Assembly: GCA_013239625.1 (NCBI GenBank)
Contig: MU054220.1
Span: 2,169,374-2,233,373, forward strand
Source: Lama guanicoe
Lineage: Eukaryota
Direction of reading: 5' to 3'
Length of the DNA: 64,000 nucleotides
Of this stretch, positions 31,162 to 47,537 are shown in pieces. Positions within the stretch are counted from its first letter, which is position 1. Every line of letters begins with the position of its first letter. The translations under genes were made by a program, and so were the position numbers. The notes under the pieces were generated by a model. The model did no database searches. It was not told the DNA's origin and saw only the letters and a list, made by a program, of their open reading frames with translations.

Positions 31162-32370
31162 TAAGAATCTTCATAAGTTTTTTGCTTGTTTTTGTTTTGT
31201 TTGGTGATCAAGAATAACTTTTCTATGTGAAATCATATTGTGAAATATCTAATAATTATCTGAATCTTTTGCTTATAAGTTATATCTTGTTTCTCTAACA
31301 CTTCTTTATGGTAGCATTAATACCTGCAAAAGAAACTATGGAATGGAGCTATTGCCTGTTTTTCCTCCAAGTAGAAAGAAATAGAAGTTTTTTGGATTTG
31401 GGTTTTTGGTTTGTTTGTTTTTTTTTATTTTTAGAGTCAAATACTAGAAAGCAGTCATTGATTTTTTTTATTAATTACACATATGTAATGTGCTATTCCT
31501 TTAATCCTTCTCGTACCTGATACCCTAAAAGATAGATTTGGTAACTATATATGGCCAGTTCAATCATTTCTCTTTTGATGTTGTGTTACTTTTATTAAGC
31601 AGTTAAAAATTTTTTTGAATATATGTATATATACATTTATTTTATATATATATATATTTTTTTTTAATTCAAACAATACAAAAAAAGTGCAGAGTACAGT
31701 ATGAAAAGCCTGTCTCCCACTCTAGTCTCCCTCCACAGGGAGAAAATTATTACTATATGTTTGATGTATTACTCCAGAAATAATAATATTCTATACCTAT
31801 ACAATCATATATGTATAAGATATAACCCTCCTTTTACATAAATGGGAATATGCCATACTCTGTTCTGCATCTTACTTTTTTCTTTTAATTATGTTTGAAA
31901 TGTCATAAAAATTGGTCCATATCTGCATGCATATGTGCATTCATTCTTTTTTACTGGTACATCATATGTATGTACCTTTCTTTATTCTGAACCCACAGTG
32001 TGGAACATTTAGGTTGTTCTTTGTCTTTCAGTATTATAAACTATACTGCTATAGGCATCTTTGAATGTAGGTTTTGTGCACGTATGTGAGCATGTTTATA
32101 TTAAACTTCTAGAATAAAATATGTACATTTTAAATTTTGATAGATATTTCAAATTTTCTTTTTATTAAGTTTTGCCAATAGTGTCCACCATGTTATACAG
32201 TAATAGAGACTTGATTTTTTAAGTAAGTAAGAATTGCTGAAAATTTTATTCCTAGATTTTCAGTTAAACTTTCAGAAGTAGAACAGCTTGACAATACATT
32301 TTGTATTCATATTTAATTACAAATTAATCTTGGTGAATTTTAAAATATCCTATTAAGTTGATTCCTGTGA

Positions 32371-32622
<252 letters not shown>

Positions 32623-32852
32623 TGAATCTCAGGCATGTGAAAATACTGAACCCTGTGAAATAATCGGAAGTTTGCATGACTTGAGAAGGAACTGGAATAC
32701 ACCATGTTCTCTGTTTTTAGAGCTTTCTTATTATTTGACAGAATAAACGACTGTCGGTCTATAATTTTGGTCTTAAATGGAGGCTTAGCGATCTGTCATT
32801 TTCTTTTTGGACTGCAGTGAAATTTAAGACTTACTTGCATAATAGAACTTAA

Positions 32853-33197
<345 letters not shown>

Positions 33198-33299
33198 TGA
33201 TGATACCATCTACTGTTCATTCCCATGTCCCTGTTCATGGGAGAAACCTTTGCTACTCAGAAAATGCCTCAGTTAATCATAATTTTCCTTGTTGACTAG

Positions 33300-33449
<150 letters not shown>

Positions 33450-33558
33450 TAAATTAAGGCGTAAATCTGCAACAGTGACCTCTAATAGAAATAGTTTATA
33501 GATGAACCAGGAAATTTCTTTAGTGTCTTTATCAGTGATTACAGCCTTCTTATTTGGA

Positions 33559-33671
33559 CTGTGAGAGTGATGAGTTGCACACTGGTGGAGCCACAGTATC
33601 AGGTGATACAGGCACCGCTCAGTACCACCCTGGTGACAAAATCAAGTGCACAGGGGCCATCTGACTCACAG
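33559..33671 (+). ncRNA. SNORD67: Box C/D snoRNA SNORD67 (guide for U6 snRNA C60 2'-O-methylation)
   Basis: Terminal stem ctgtgag (33559-65)/ctcacag (33665-71); C box GTGATGA 33567-73; D box CTGA 33661-64; CAGGGGCCAT just upstream of D is complementary to U6 AUGGCCCCUG; CKAP5 is the known host. Confidence 0.95.
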
Positions 33672-33857
33672 GCATCCCTTTCTTCTAGGAGCACTTGCTA
33701 TAACACCATTGTTTCATTGAGTGTTTTATAAGAAGGCAATAAACAAGGAAGAATTCTCAGCACAGCCAGAATAAGATTTTAGTCCTTCATGTATGCCAAG
33801 GAAAATTTATTTAGTAAAGATAAGTCTCTATGCCAAATGTGTGTTGAGTCTCCTTAA

Positions 33858-34088
<231 letters not shown>

Positions 34089-35026
34089 TGAATATTTTCA
34101 GTATGTTGTGAATTGCCGGATCACTTGGGTGTCAGGTTTCATGCCATCTCAACTCTAGCTAAGTTTTTACCACTTTTTATTAAAACTCAACCTATCCAAG
34201 TGATCTAGAATCCAGATAAGCCCTTGAGGGTGTCTCTGATTACTTATGCTGTGTCTTACTGGAAATTAGATTTTCTTTTCTGAGCATCCCCCTCATACCA
34301 GTTTGCTTTAGATGAGAGCTATTTTTGAATCAAGAAATCTGAGCTAGTCTGAGATGTAAATTCTGCCTGGCAATCTCCTCTGTAATTTTTAGTGCATTTA
34401 TTTTTTAGTGAACAGGTACTTGCATATAATGTGGGTTGCAGTACATGTCAGATCACAAGTCTTGAGTTGCAGCCATGAGCCAGACTCCCCAAGCACAGAA
34501 GGTTCTGCTTCTGACTCTAATTCCTCTGAGCCACTCACTAATGTGGCTGGACTCCAGTTTTTCACCCTTAGTAGCACATATATTGATACTGTGCTTATAT
34601 TTTTTAACTTGTATTAATCTCATTAAATCCTCACTACACCCCAATGAAGGAGATAAAGCAGATGGGAATTTTACAGATGACCGAAAGTGAAGCTTCTCAC
34701 CCACAGTCACACAGCTGGTTAGTGGTAACACAACAAAAATGAGGAAACTTCATTTAATTCTTGATCTTTTTATTCACAGTTATTAATAGCCTTCCCTTTT
34801 GTATCCTTCCCTTCTTTCATATGTTCTCCTATTATAACAGGTCAGGTTTTGACAATAGTTGATTTTAAAATGTAGGCAGTGTTTTGAAAGTAAATTTACC
34901 CTGATAGGTTCTGTTTGCTTTGACATGAAAATGGATATTAATTCTTGAGTCTTCCAATTACGTTTTTAATTCTCCTCATATTCTACTAGAGAGGTATGCT
35001 AATAAATTATATTGGACCTCTTTTGA

Positions 35027-35311
<285 letters not shown>

Positions 35312-35439
35312 TGACACAGTGTCGGGGTAAATGTCTTGTAACCAAATGTTTAATCCTTCAGCCTTCATTGTCTGTGTCTTTGTCTCAAAACCACTTCTAA
35401 ATAGTCTTGTGCCTTCTTTCACTGCTTTTCCGTGGACAG

Positions 35440-35463
35440 AATTATGTATCGCACTTATAGGAT
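35440..35463 (+). CDS. CKAP5: Candidate 24-nt alternative CKAP5 microexon (N -> KIMYRTYRI)
   Basis: Polypyrimidine tract + TGC + cag|aattatgtatcgcacttataggat|gtaagt; frame-preserving and stop-free in phase 2. Confidence 0.7.
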
Positions 35464-36272
35464 GTAAGTACTGCCTGCTAATTTCTCATTAGCAGGGCTC
35501 TTATATCTTTCTAACTTCTGACTTGGATTCATCCCCTCTGGAGGGCGATTGGTGTAGTTTATAACCAGGGTAGAGGGTGTCCAAGTATGCCATGAATCAA
35601 GCCTTCCCTGAAAGTCCACTGGCTAGCAGAAGTGTCAGCTCAATGTCATGTAGCTAAAATATTGATTCACTTTCTTCTTTGTGTTCCTTTTCTTCAGATA
35701 GGCTAAGTAAAATGCATGCAACCCAGAATTGGCTTGGGGACTCAAAATTAACTACCTTCTAAGCAAGACAACTCTATTTTGGGTTGTGTCATGAGTATAA
35801 TTTTAACCAATTTGAATTTTGAAACCATGAATATCTGTTGTTTGGTTGTAATCCTGGCCCTGACCTGTCAAGAATGAATATTTCTAAAAAGAGGTGACGG
35901 ACTGTCCCTCAAGTATAAAACTTACTGAACACTGCATGGGATGATGCTTATAATTAGAAAAATGTATACACTGGTTAAACTGGTGGAAAAGAACCAGGCA
36001 GTCTATAAATATTTTTCAAATTTTTGCCCAGAAGTAATGAACTTTGAGTCAATAAAGTATACTTTGTTATTTACTGCCCCAGCTGGAATAGCAGCACAAG
36101 GTTTGTTGGCTTTAGTGAACTAGAGAGGATACTTATAACTTGGCAATACCTTAAGTACAAGTTAAAGAAATCTGCTCTCAGGATATTCATGAACCAGTGT
36201 TGTTGCCCATTGAAAACACTTGGTTAGACTCGAGGACTTAAATCATTCAGGGGGGCTGAAACCAGAAGTTGA

Positions 36273-36545
<273 letters not shown>

Positions 36546-36739
36546 TAAGTTCACCCATTTCATCTAAGTATAAGCAGTTCATGATCATCAGAGTGTATAT
36601 GTTGAAAAGAGCTCTCTGTACAGTTAGAACTTTTTAGAACAGTTTACCATCTGACTAATAGAAGTTCTTTACTAAAACCTGTATCTAGTAGGGAAGTGCA
36701 TAATTCCAGCTCATTGGGATACTTTGTAATAAAGATTGA

Positions 36740-37032
<293 letters not shown>

Positions 37033-37559
37033 TCATCACTTGTCTCACAGGATAGAGCTCTAATAGAGCCTTACTTTTTACAGTTGCATTCTTTCACTAG
37101 AGGCTGGAAAAAGCAGTTAAATAGGAATCAGCTCTCATGGAACTTACATAGATTTTAGTGGACAGAGACAACAGTAAACAAGAAAATATCAGATAATAGT
37201 AACTACTGTATAAATATAACGCAAATGGGGTGATGGGAGAGAAGGAACTAAGTACTAGTTATTTAGATTGGTAGCCAGGGTTCAAGCAAAGGACAGCTAG
37301 TACAAAAGCTCTAGGGTAGGAATGAGCTTGGTGTGTTCAAGGAAACAGAGGCCCGTGTGTCCAGAATAGAACATAGTTGGCAAGAGGGAAAATGGTACAG
37401 AATGCGATTTGAGAGGTGGAGACAGACCAGATCATAAAAACCCTGGGGTAGTTGTTTGGATTTTATTTTAAGTGTGATAGGAAGCCATTAAAGAATTTTG
37501 AGCAAAGAAGCTGCATGTTTTTAAAAAATGGTTCTCTTTTTCCTCAGCTTCCCTTCCTT

Positions 37560-39210
37560 AACAGTCTAGTCATAAAGCCAGTAGGTTGGGTAGAACAAGG
37601 TAGGCATCAACCTTGTGGCAGGGGGTTGGGAGTAGAGAGCCTTAGTAGCCCATGTGTGGGTCCCCAAGCCCAAATGCCATGAGGAGGCTGTCATACAGAA
37701 GGGGTGACGCAGAACCCAAACAAAGAGGAGGATGTCCTTGGGCGGAGCCGTTCTGGCATGGTAGTAGGACCCCAGGCTGGGTGAGGAGGATATCCACGTG
37801 TGTTGGAGGGAAGCAGGGTGGCAGGCAGGTGACTCAGAATGGGGAGTCAGAGCCGAAGCAGGAGAAATGAGCAGGGGGAAGGGCTGGTGGCAGAGATGGG
37901 AGATTGGGACATACAAAGGGATCAGTCAAATAAATAAATACAATGAGGGAAATGGGAGCCAGGTTTCTCACTGCCAGAGGACGACAATACAAATATGGAA
38001 GGACAGCAAAATAGAATAAACTCTGGTGTTGGACCAGAATTAGATGCATCAGTATGAACTTGTGGTTTTCAATAGACAGATGTAGAAATACCAGTGTGAG
38101 TGTATATGTGGCATATAAATGTATGTTATAGATTATATACATATATAGGTATATAATATACATATGTTCCCTGGCTCTTTTCACTGAGAGGACCTGAAAA
38201 CAGCAATACCCTAGCAGCAATGAGCACCCCAGATCTTGTCTTCTAAATACCATTTTCTACTGAAAGGAATAAGGGTTCCTTGAGAAGTGGCAGATTCCAG
38301 GGCTGAATCAGGGAAAGTACAGGATGATCCTGGAGTATCTTGTTGCACCAGACAGCAAGGGACGTGTGGAAGGACACAGAGGCCAACCAGAACAGACTTA
38401 CTGTTTGAACAGAACACAGTTTGAACATCAAAATAAATAGTGATAGTAATGAGTTATAACCCCATAAACTGAATATAATTTATAAGGTTATTGAAGTCAA
38501 TAAAATTTAATAAAATAGGAAACCACAAGCCCATGCATATATAAGCTAATTAAAAATTTGAAGAGAAATGGAATATTTACATAGCTTCATAGTACCTCCC
38601 CACAAAATACAAAGGACAAACAGATTTAAAGTACCAAAAAAAACCACCAAAATACAAAGAATGATTTGACAGAGAAACCTAGCAGATACCACCTTAACTT
38701 AAGTGATCAAAGCAAACATAATCAATCATACGACAAAATGAAATTATGTGCCACCTGATAGGATCCAATGGGAATTCAGTGTCACTTTGCTGACATTCCT
38801 AATATCATCTAATCATGAGGAAACATCAAACAAATGTAAACTGAGGGACATGTGACAAAGTCTCAAGGTGAAGAAAGTCAAGCAAAGACTGAGGAAACTG
38901 GTCTAGACTGAAGAGACTAAGAGACATGACAGTGAAATGCAGTGCATGATACTAGACTGGCCTTCAGCTATAAAGAACATAATCGGGGCAACTGGAGAAA
39001 ATGGGATGGAGCCTGGGGATTAGATGGTAGTGACAACAGTATTTGCCTGACTTTGATCCTTGTAGCATGAGCATGATTATGGAAGAGAATGTCCACAAGA
39101 ATGCATGCTGAAGTATCAGAGGGGCATGGAGCATCAGACTGACACTCGCAAATGATTCGGGATTTTAAAAAGTTCTTTTACTACACTTCCTACATTTCTG
39201 TAGCATTTGA
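37560..39210 (+). mobile_element. L1MC-like 3' UTR inserted into an antisense L2
   Basis: gggagccaggtttctcactg ... cagatcttgtcttctaaataccatt; similar to 62950-64000; L2-like flanks at ~37120-37520 and ~39230-39660. Confidence 0.65.
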
Positions 39211-40564
39211 ACCTTTTTTAATTGGGGGAAAAGCCACTCTGGCCACTCTGTAGACACCAGATTGTATGGGTGGGGCAAGCATGGATTCTGAGAGACCTGT
39301 TAAGAAGCTATGGCTGTAGTTCACATGAAAGATAGGTGCACTAGGATGATGGTAGTGGAGAGGAAGAAGAGTAGATGGTTTCAGGGTGTCTTTCAGAGGT
39401 AGAGTCCACAGGACTTGGTGATACATTGAATGTGAAATGAAGGAGGAGAGGAATAAGTATTAGTTCCTTGTTTTTTGGTATGAGCAACTGGCTGGATAGT
39501 GGTGCTGTGTACTGAGATGGGGAAGGATGGAGGAAGAGCTGAGAGGTGGAAATGAAGAGCTACATCTTCGCTGTCTTAAGTCTGAGAAGCTATTAGACAT
39601 CCCCACGAAGACAGATGGTGAGGATAGAAGGGGAGAACTGGAATCCTAGCACGAGGTTTTTGCTGTTGTTTGACAGATAGTCTCCTGTTAACAGTTTTGA
39701 TATTGGAAGAAAAACAAATAGAGGGGATTTTGGAAAATAGTGACTTGAATGCATGCATCCCTGTGACCTTTTTCTGTCAACTTCAGTCCAATACCATCTG
39801 CCTTTCCTGAGTAGAGGAGCTGCTGGGTCAGGTGGGTAGTATCTGAAATGTGTAAGCAAGTCCAAGCTCTATATGGTACAAGTACAAGACTTTTTTCCAT
39901 ATGGGCCTAAGGAGAACCTGAGGTTCAATAGTGTAGCGCCCAGGAATAGGATCAAAACGTCAGAAATCCTGCAGTGATTGCTCTTTTCATCTGTGAAGAT
40001 TGGTAGTGTCCCAGAGGAAGAGCAGTGGTGACCTATGTGAGTGTTAGTAGGAGGACCTGGTGTTCTCTTCTGCCTCCAAGGAACTACGGGGAGCGGGAGA
40101 AAAAGGCTGAATTCACTATCTGAGCCTGGCAAGTCTGTGGCTTCTATACATTTAGAGACCAAAGAGCAGAAATGCCTGCTCTTGGTACTTTGCCATATGA
40201 CTAACAGCTTGCCAGTCGGTGTACCACAGCCTGCAGGGCAGAAATGCTGTATCTCCCATTCTCAGATTGCCATTCTTGAGAGTTTCCAAAAGGCAGGCCC
40301 AAGATTGAATCCTGAATATGTAAAGAATCATAACATACCTTAAGGGACCCAGTAACTGGGAAGAAGAATAAAATAAAATAACCAGAACAGCAATGTCCTG
40401 GCAAAATAAAACTGCTAAAGGAGACATGATGACCATGATGGGGAAGGGAGTAGGGTGCAGAAAGATTCTTCCAAGGGAAAAAACCATGGCTTTAGAATTT
40501 TTTAATTGAGTTGAAGGACTGAAGGAGAGAATGAACGCTACAGAAACCAAATTAGTGGTCTGAA

Positions 40565-41850
40565 TGACAAGGGTAACAAGATCGTTCAGTGGGCAAAGGA
40601 TAGTCTTTTAAACAAATGATGGTTGGAAAAATGTTTCTCCACATGCAAAAGAATGAAGTTCAACTCTCATACCATATACAAAATTTAACTCAAAATGGAT
40701 CAAAGACATAAATGTAAAAGCTAAAATTGTAAAATTCTTAGGAAGAAACAGGAGAAGACCTTCATGATACTGAATTTGGCAGTGACTTCTTGGATATGAC
40801 AACAAAATAGGCAAAAAAAAATTAAATTGAACTTCATCAAAGTTAAGACCTTTTATGCATCAAAGGACACTAGCACAAGAGTGAAAAGGCAACTTACAGA
40901 ATGAGAGAAAACATTTGCAAATCATATATCTGATAAGGGATTAATAGCCAGAACACATAAGAACTCCCAGAACTCAATAACAGAAAAACAAAACCCAGTT
41001 CAGAAGTGGGCAAAGGACATGAATAGACATTTCTCCAAAGAAGATACACAGATGGCCAATAAGCAAGTGAAAAGATTTTTACCATCATTAGTCATTAGGG
41101 AAGTGCAAATCAAACCCACAGTGAGATGCCACATCATACCCATTAGGGTTTTTTTTTCTTTCTTTTCTTTTTTTCCGTCTAATGGGAAATAACAAGCGTT
41201 GATGAGGATGTGGAGAAATTGGAACCTGCTTGTATTGCTGGTGGAAACATAAAGTAGTATACCAATTGTGGAAAACAGTTTTGCATTTACTCAAAAAGTT
41301 AAACATAAAATTACAATAAGATCCCCAGACTCCCTCCTAGAACGCAGGGGTTCAGACAAATACTTGTGCACTAATGTTCACAGCAGCATTGTTCACAGTA
41401 GACAAAGGGTGGAAACAACCCAGGTATCCATCAACAGATGAATGGATAAGCAAATGTATATACATAGAATGGAATATTATCATCCATAAAGAAGAATGAA
41501 ATTCTGACACATGCTACAACGTGATGAACCTTGAAAGCATTATACTAAATCAAATAAATCAGGCAGAGAGGGACAAATATTGTTTGATTTGACTTATATG
41601 AGGTACCTAGAATAGCCAAATACACAGAGGCAGAAAATAGAGTTTACCAAGGGGTTGGGCAAGGAGGTGGATAGAGTTATTATTTAATGAGTACAAATCC
41701 TGTTTGGGATAATGACAAAGTCATGGAAATAGTGATGATGGTTATACAACATTGTGATTATACTTATACGATTGTTCACTCAAAAATGGTTAAAGTGGTA
41801 AATTTTGTATTATATATATTTCACAATAATTTTAAAAAATAATAAAACCC
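40565..41850 (+). mobile_element. L1MB-like ORF2 end and 3' UTR
   Basis: aactcaaaatggatcaaagac, gaatagacatttctccaaagaagatacacagatggcc, ccatcaacagatgaatggataa. Confidence 0.85.
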
Positions 41851-44050
41851 TCAGCAACAAAAAATTCAAGTATCTAGGAATTATGAAGCGGTGTATATGT
41901 ATGACCTTTACAGAGAAAATTGTAAAGCTTTGTTGAATGACACCAGAGAATTTCCAGATAAATGGACAATATACTGTGTTCACAATTTCAGGATTGTAAA
42001 GATGGTAGTTCTCAGATTAATCTGTAAATTCAATGCCATTCCCATCAAAATCTTAATAGTTTTTTTCTGAAGTTGAGAAGCTGATTCTAAAATTTATATG
42101 GAAAATCAAAGGGCGTAAGAATAGCAAAGATCATTTTAAGACAATTTTTAAAAATAACACAGTGGAGAGGACTTGCATCACTGACTATCAACATTGATTA
42201 CAGAGCCACTATAATTAAGTCAATGTAGTACTGGCCCAGGGATAAGCAGATAGACCCTTGGGATGGAACAAAGTGCCAGAAATAGACTCACATCTATATA
42301 GGAGACTTAAAGCAGAGGAAGCATTAAAAATCTGTTAACAAATACAAAAAGTGAAAGATATACCGACCAAATTCTTTGCCAGTAACCCAACAAAATTTTT
42401 AATAAATAGTATTAATATCACAAAAAATATTGGCTACTTGGAAAGCATGAAACACCCTCCTAAGTAACCCTTTGATCAAAAAAACAAAAAACCACCCAAA
42501 ACTCTTATTAGTGAAGGGAAAAGCATTTTACTCTAAAACTATTGAAGCTGCTGAACTCAGAAAAATGTATTGCCTGAAGTGCACTTATGATTGAATAAAA
42601 GCTAAAATAAAGAAACTTACTACTGACACTTAGAAATTAGAAAAATTAGGAGGAGGGTATAGCTCAGTGGTAGAGCATGTGCCTAGCATGCATGAGGTCC
42701 TGGGTTCAATTCCCAGTACCTCCAGTAAAATAAATAAATAGATAAATGTAATTCCCCCACCAAAAGACAAAAAAAGAAATTAGAAAAACTTAAAATAAGA
42801 GAAATTTGAGGGTAGGAAATAATGAAGCTAAAATTCATGAAATTGATTTTTAAAATAATAAATCTAAAAGCTGGTTCTTGTAAAAAAAAAAAACTAAGTT
42901 AAAAATTTAAAAAATCTCTTACTAGCCTGATTAGAGAGCAAAAATACAAGTATCAGGAATGAGGAAGGAACCAACCATAGATGCGGAAGAGATTTTTTTT
43001 TTTTAATAAGATAACACACACGTAACCTTGTGGAAACTTGAAACAACAGATCCCCCTTCCAAATTTTTTGAAATAACCAAGGAATTTGGGGAGACCATTT
43101 AAAAAAAAATGAGGGAAGCTCAGAATGAAAAGACAAGTTTGATCATATAAGAATTTTAAGATTTTAATCTGAGAAATGTACCACATACTGTTGATAAACA
43201 AGTGTTATATTGTGGAATATATTTGATTTGTAACCCATATGACCAATAAAGGATTAATAGCTATAGTAAACAGAGCTATTATCAACTCTTGAGAAAGAGA
43301 CCCTAATAGAAAAAAATAACCCAAGGAAATAAATAGACAAATAACAGAAGATATCCAAATGGCCAGTAAACACATGAAAAATATCCAGACCCACCCCCAC
43401 CATAGAAATGCAAATTAAAATAATAAGATAATCACTTTTAAACCATCAGAGTGGCAAAAAGTAAAATGAGTAATAATAACACATACAGCTGATAGAGACA
43501 CTGAAAAAACAATATTCTCATATGTTAAATGTAGAAATGTGAGTTACATGTTAATGCCTTTTTAAAGAAAGCAACATAATAATATCTATTATACCATAAT
43601 TTAAAATATTTTATCCTCCAGCCAAAAAAGTTAAACTCTTGAGACTCTCATTTAGAAATTAAACACAGGTACATTAGGATATATACACAAAGATGTTTAT
43701 TGCAGCATTATTTGTAGTGGACAAAATTCCAGACTGGAAACATGTTGAAAGGTTCTCAGGAATGGAATGATTAAGTTTTGATGTGTGCATATGTGGACTG
43801 TTACGCAGCCTTTAAAAATAAAACTATTTTTGATGACTTTAGGGATTTTCATAATTTTTTGTTAGGAAAGCTAGATGCAGAGAATTGTATTTGCTATAAA
43901 TAGTCTTGTTAGCATAAACAGTGCCCTGAACCTTGACCCCTACATATGTGTGCATGTGTGGTTGTCTATGATTCTGTGAACATGAAAGGATATATATCAG
44001 ACTGTTAATTACCTTGGAAAAAGAGGAGGAAGCCCCCTCCAAATACATAT
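41850..44050 (+). mobile_element. Older L1 (L1ME-like) fragments
   Basis: Degenerate ORF2 motifs (aaattcaatgccattcccatcaaaat, ctgattctaaaatttatatgg). Confidence 0.6.
42649..42774 (+). mobile_element. tRNA-derived SINE (same family)
   Basis: A/B boxes; TSD agaaattagaaaaa. Confidence 0.85.
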
Positions 44051-44154
44051 GTATTTTTTTGTTTTGTCCATGCTGAGATAGCATTGTTAAACAGCCCCTG
44101 TTATATAAAATTGTTTGTTCCTGCTTATGGGATATACATGTGTAAAGAGAACCA

Positions 44155-44242
44155 CTGGCTTCCTCAACACCAGGGGGCACCGTTCACACTGCAGTCTATA
44201 AATGGTGCCCCCTGGAGTTAGGCAGTGTAGCAGCCCTGCACG
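44155..44242. mobile_element. MER91-like palindromic hAT element fragment
   Basis: ccagggggcacc (44170-81) and ggtgccccctgg (44204-15) inverted arms. Confidence 0.6.
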
Positions 44243-44716
44243 AAAAGATCTTCATGAAGATTGACATGATTGTCTCAGGATGTAATTTATGTAATCATAA
44301 AACTAAAGATCTTTTTACAGTGATGAATATGAAATACTTGTTTTTTCCTATAGAAACATTTTACTGGTAGTGACCTGGATCAAGATGTGAGAAACCTGAG
44401 TTTTGAGTTTGAACTAAGTAGTCTGATTTTATTGAGCCTCACTGTTCTCATCTGGTAAATGGAGATCTTACTCTCAGCCCTGACTACCTTCAGAGCTGTT
44501 GGAATGAAATAAAATAAAATAAAATAAAATAAACACTCTTTTTAATAAATTAGACATTTAAACATTGGGATTGTTATTCTCTACACGTGATAGTGTGCCT
44601 CTTAGACTAGAAGCTGCAATTAATTCACCTAATGGTATCTTGCTTAGTAAATATTTGTTGAATGATTGAATTCCTAAGGAATTTATTTGTAAAGTGACTG
44701 GGTTTTTTCAAAGTAA

Positions 44717-45088
<372 letters not shown>

Positions 45089-45475
45089 TAAGTCCTGTGT
45101 CACTTGTGGGATTTTACATGCAGGCTGTTGTCTACTTCCACTGGATGTTGGGCAACACTCCAGCTTACCTTATTGTTAGGATTCTTACAAACTACTGGAA
45201 TTCTGCTTCCTGTCAGTTTCTTCACCAGTCATAGTTGGTCCCTATCTGGCTTTTCACAAATAAAAATACATTAAAAATACTTTTATGAAAGGAAAGAAGC
45301 ACATCAATTAATTTTGGCTTTTAGAGGATTGGGAGAGTGTAGTGATTTTTTCCCCCAATACTCTGAATTTTTGTAAATACAATATAATTGTTTACTAGAA
45401 TATACCACCCATGTTTATCTTCTTTGCTCTGTGTATTGAGTTTCATACCTCTCTAACACAATTATGATTGGATAG

Positions 45476-45691
<216 letters not shown>

Positions 45692-46142
45692 TGAAACAGC
45701 TTCTCTCTTGTCTACTCATAAAAACCAGAAGGCACTAGATCAGTTGTAACTTTAGGTTTGCCTAATAAGTTGAGTTATTATTCTTTTCTTCCTCAAGAAC
45801 CAAAGGTATTCCAACCTGAGACAGCAGCTAAAACTAGTAACAGCTCAGTAAGCCAGACAGTATCATGAGAAATTTTCTAGAATAGGACTGTAGAGTTTAT
45901 ATGTTACCCTCTCTTTCATGTACATTTCACATATATTTCTTTCTCAGCTACCAGTGACAGTGACAAGCTTTACCAATTACCGAGTGCTAACTTACAAAGC
46001 TTAGATAATTGATGTTTATTTTCTTAATAATTGAATGGCAAGTAATCAGAGAAAATTCCAGATCCATAAGCTCTCAATTTCAGATAAAGAATATTTACAT
46101 TCAACCTTTCAATTACTGGTTTTAATTAGAATGTAGGTTTGA

Positions 46143-46271
<129 letters not shown>

Positions 46272-47099
46272 TGATTTAATCTTTTTTCTTTTTTGGAGAA
46301 TTAGAAAAGAATAGCTTTATAGCTTTGCCACTCAAAGGGAGTCACAGCAGGCTAATGTCTTAAAGACTGCGAGCACCTCTCTTTTTTTTTATCTCTTTTC
46401 TTTCAAAGATGTAATACTTTATTAGTGTGAGGAAAGACAAGTTGGAACTAAGACACAGACTCAAATCAGATAAGGCACAACTGAAAAAAATAGTTGTTCT
46501 CCATTTTTACCTTCCTCCAATATATACCCCCTAGCTCAGGCCTAAAAAATTCCTGGCCTCAAACAGTGAAAAGGAAGAGCTGTTTTGTTAAGTATCTTAC
46601 CAGTTTTCCTAGAATCAAAAGTCAAGGAGTTTGATGGGACAAATTTCATTTCTTTGGGGGGAAAAGATATGTATAGCTTTATAATGTTTTGGTCTCTTTG
46701 ATAGAAGACTCCAAATGAACATATCTATAGCATATACTGTTATTACACTCCTCAGGTTAGATTTGATTAAGTAATGTGAACTACTCTAGTCTCGGGTACC
46801 AAATAAACCCAAGACAAAATTTCCTCATTTTCTCATCATTTAAGGCCCCTGTCTCTAGGGAAGTGGGAGGGAGGAGTGGAGATGGTCAGATGGGTGACTT
46901 GTCACACTTTAGCCAATGACATGGTTGAAGTGAATAAAGCTGTTTATGTTCATGAACCTGGAAGATCTGATGAGCTACATCCATATCCCTGACCATCCTT
47001 TAGAAGTGATCCCCGTGCTTAGGGGAAATGAGTGGTGACAAAGATTATCCTCATTCTTCAGTGACTCTTTCTAACTTTTGTGGGGTTTTTTCTCAATAG

Positions 47100-47297
<198 letters not shown>

Positions 47298-47363
47298 TGA
47301 AAACAGTAGCGGGTCCCCAAGAGTGCTTGAGAGAACATCATGGAGTGGCATCACTGCCCTTGA

Positions 47364-47537
<174 letters not shown>

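Noticed and set aside
37600..37900. GC-rich purine-rich island with several overlapping ORFs
   Set aside because: Contiguous with L1MC-like 3' UTR sequence; ORFs have no recognisable homology or splice signals
46275..46390. Short ERV-LTR-like fragment just after the 46259 donor
   Set aside because: Only a vague recalled similarity over ~100 nt; not supportable without a search
46960..47000. tgatga...ctga pair resembling C/D boxes
   Set aside because: Boxes under 20 nt apart, too short for a snoRNA and no recognisable guide
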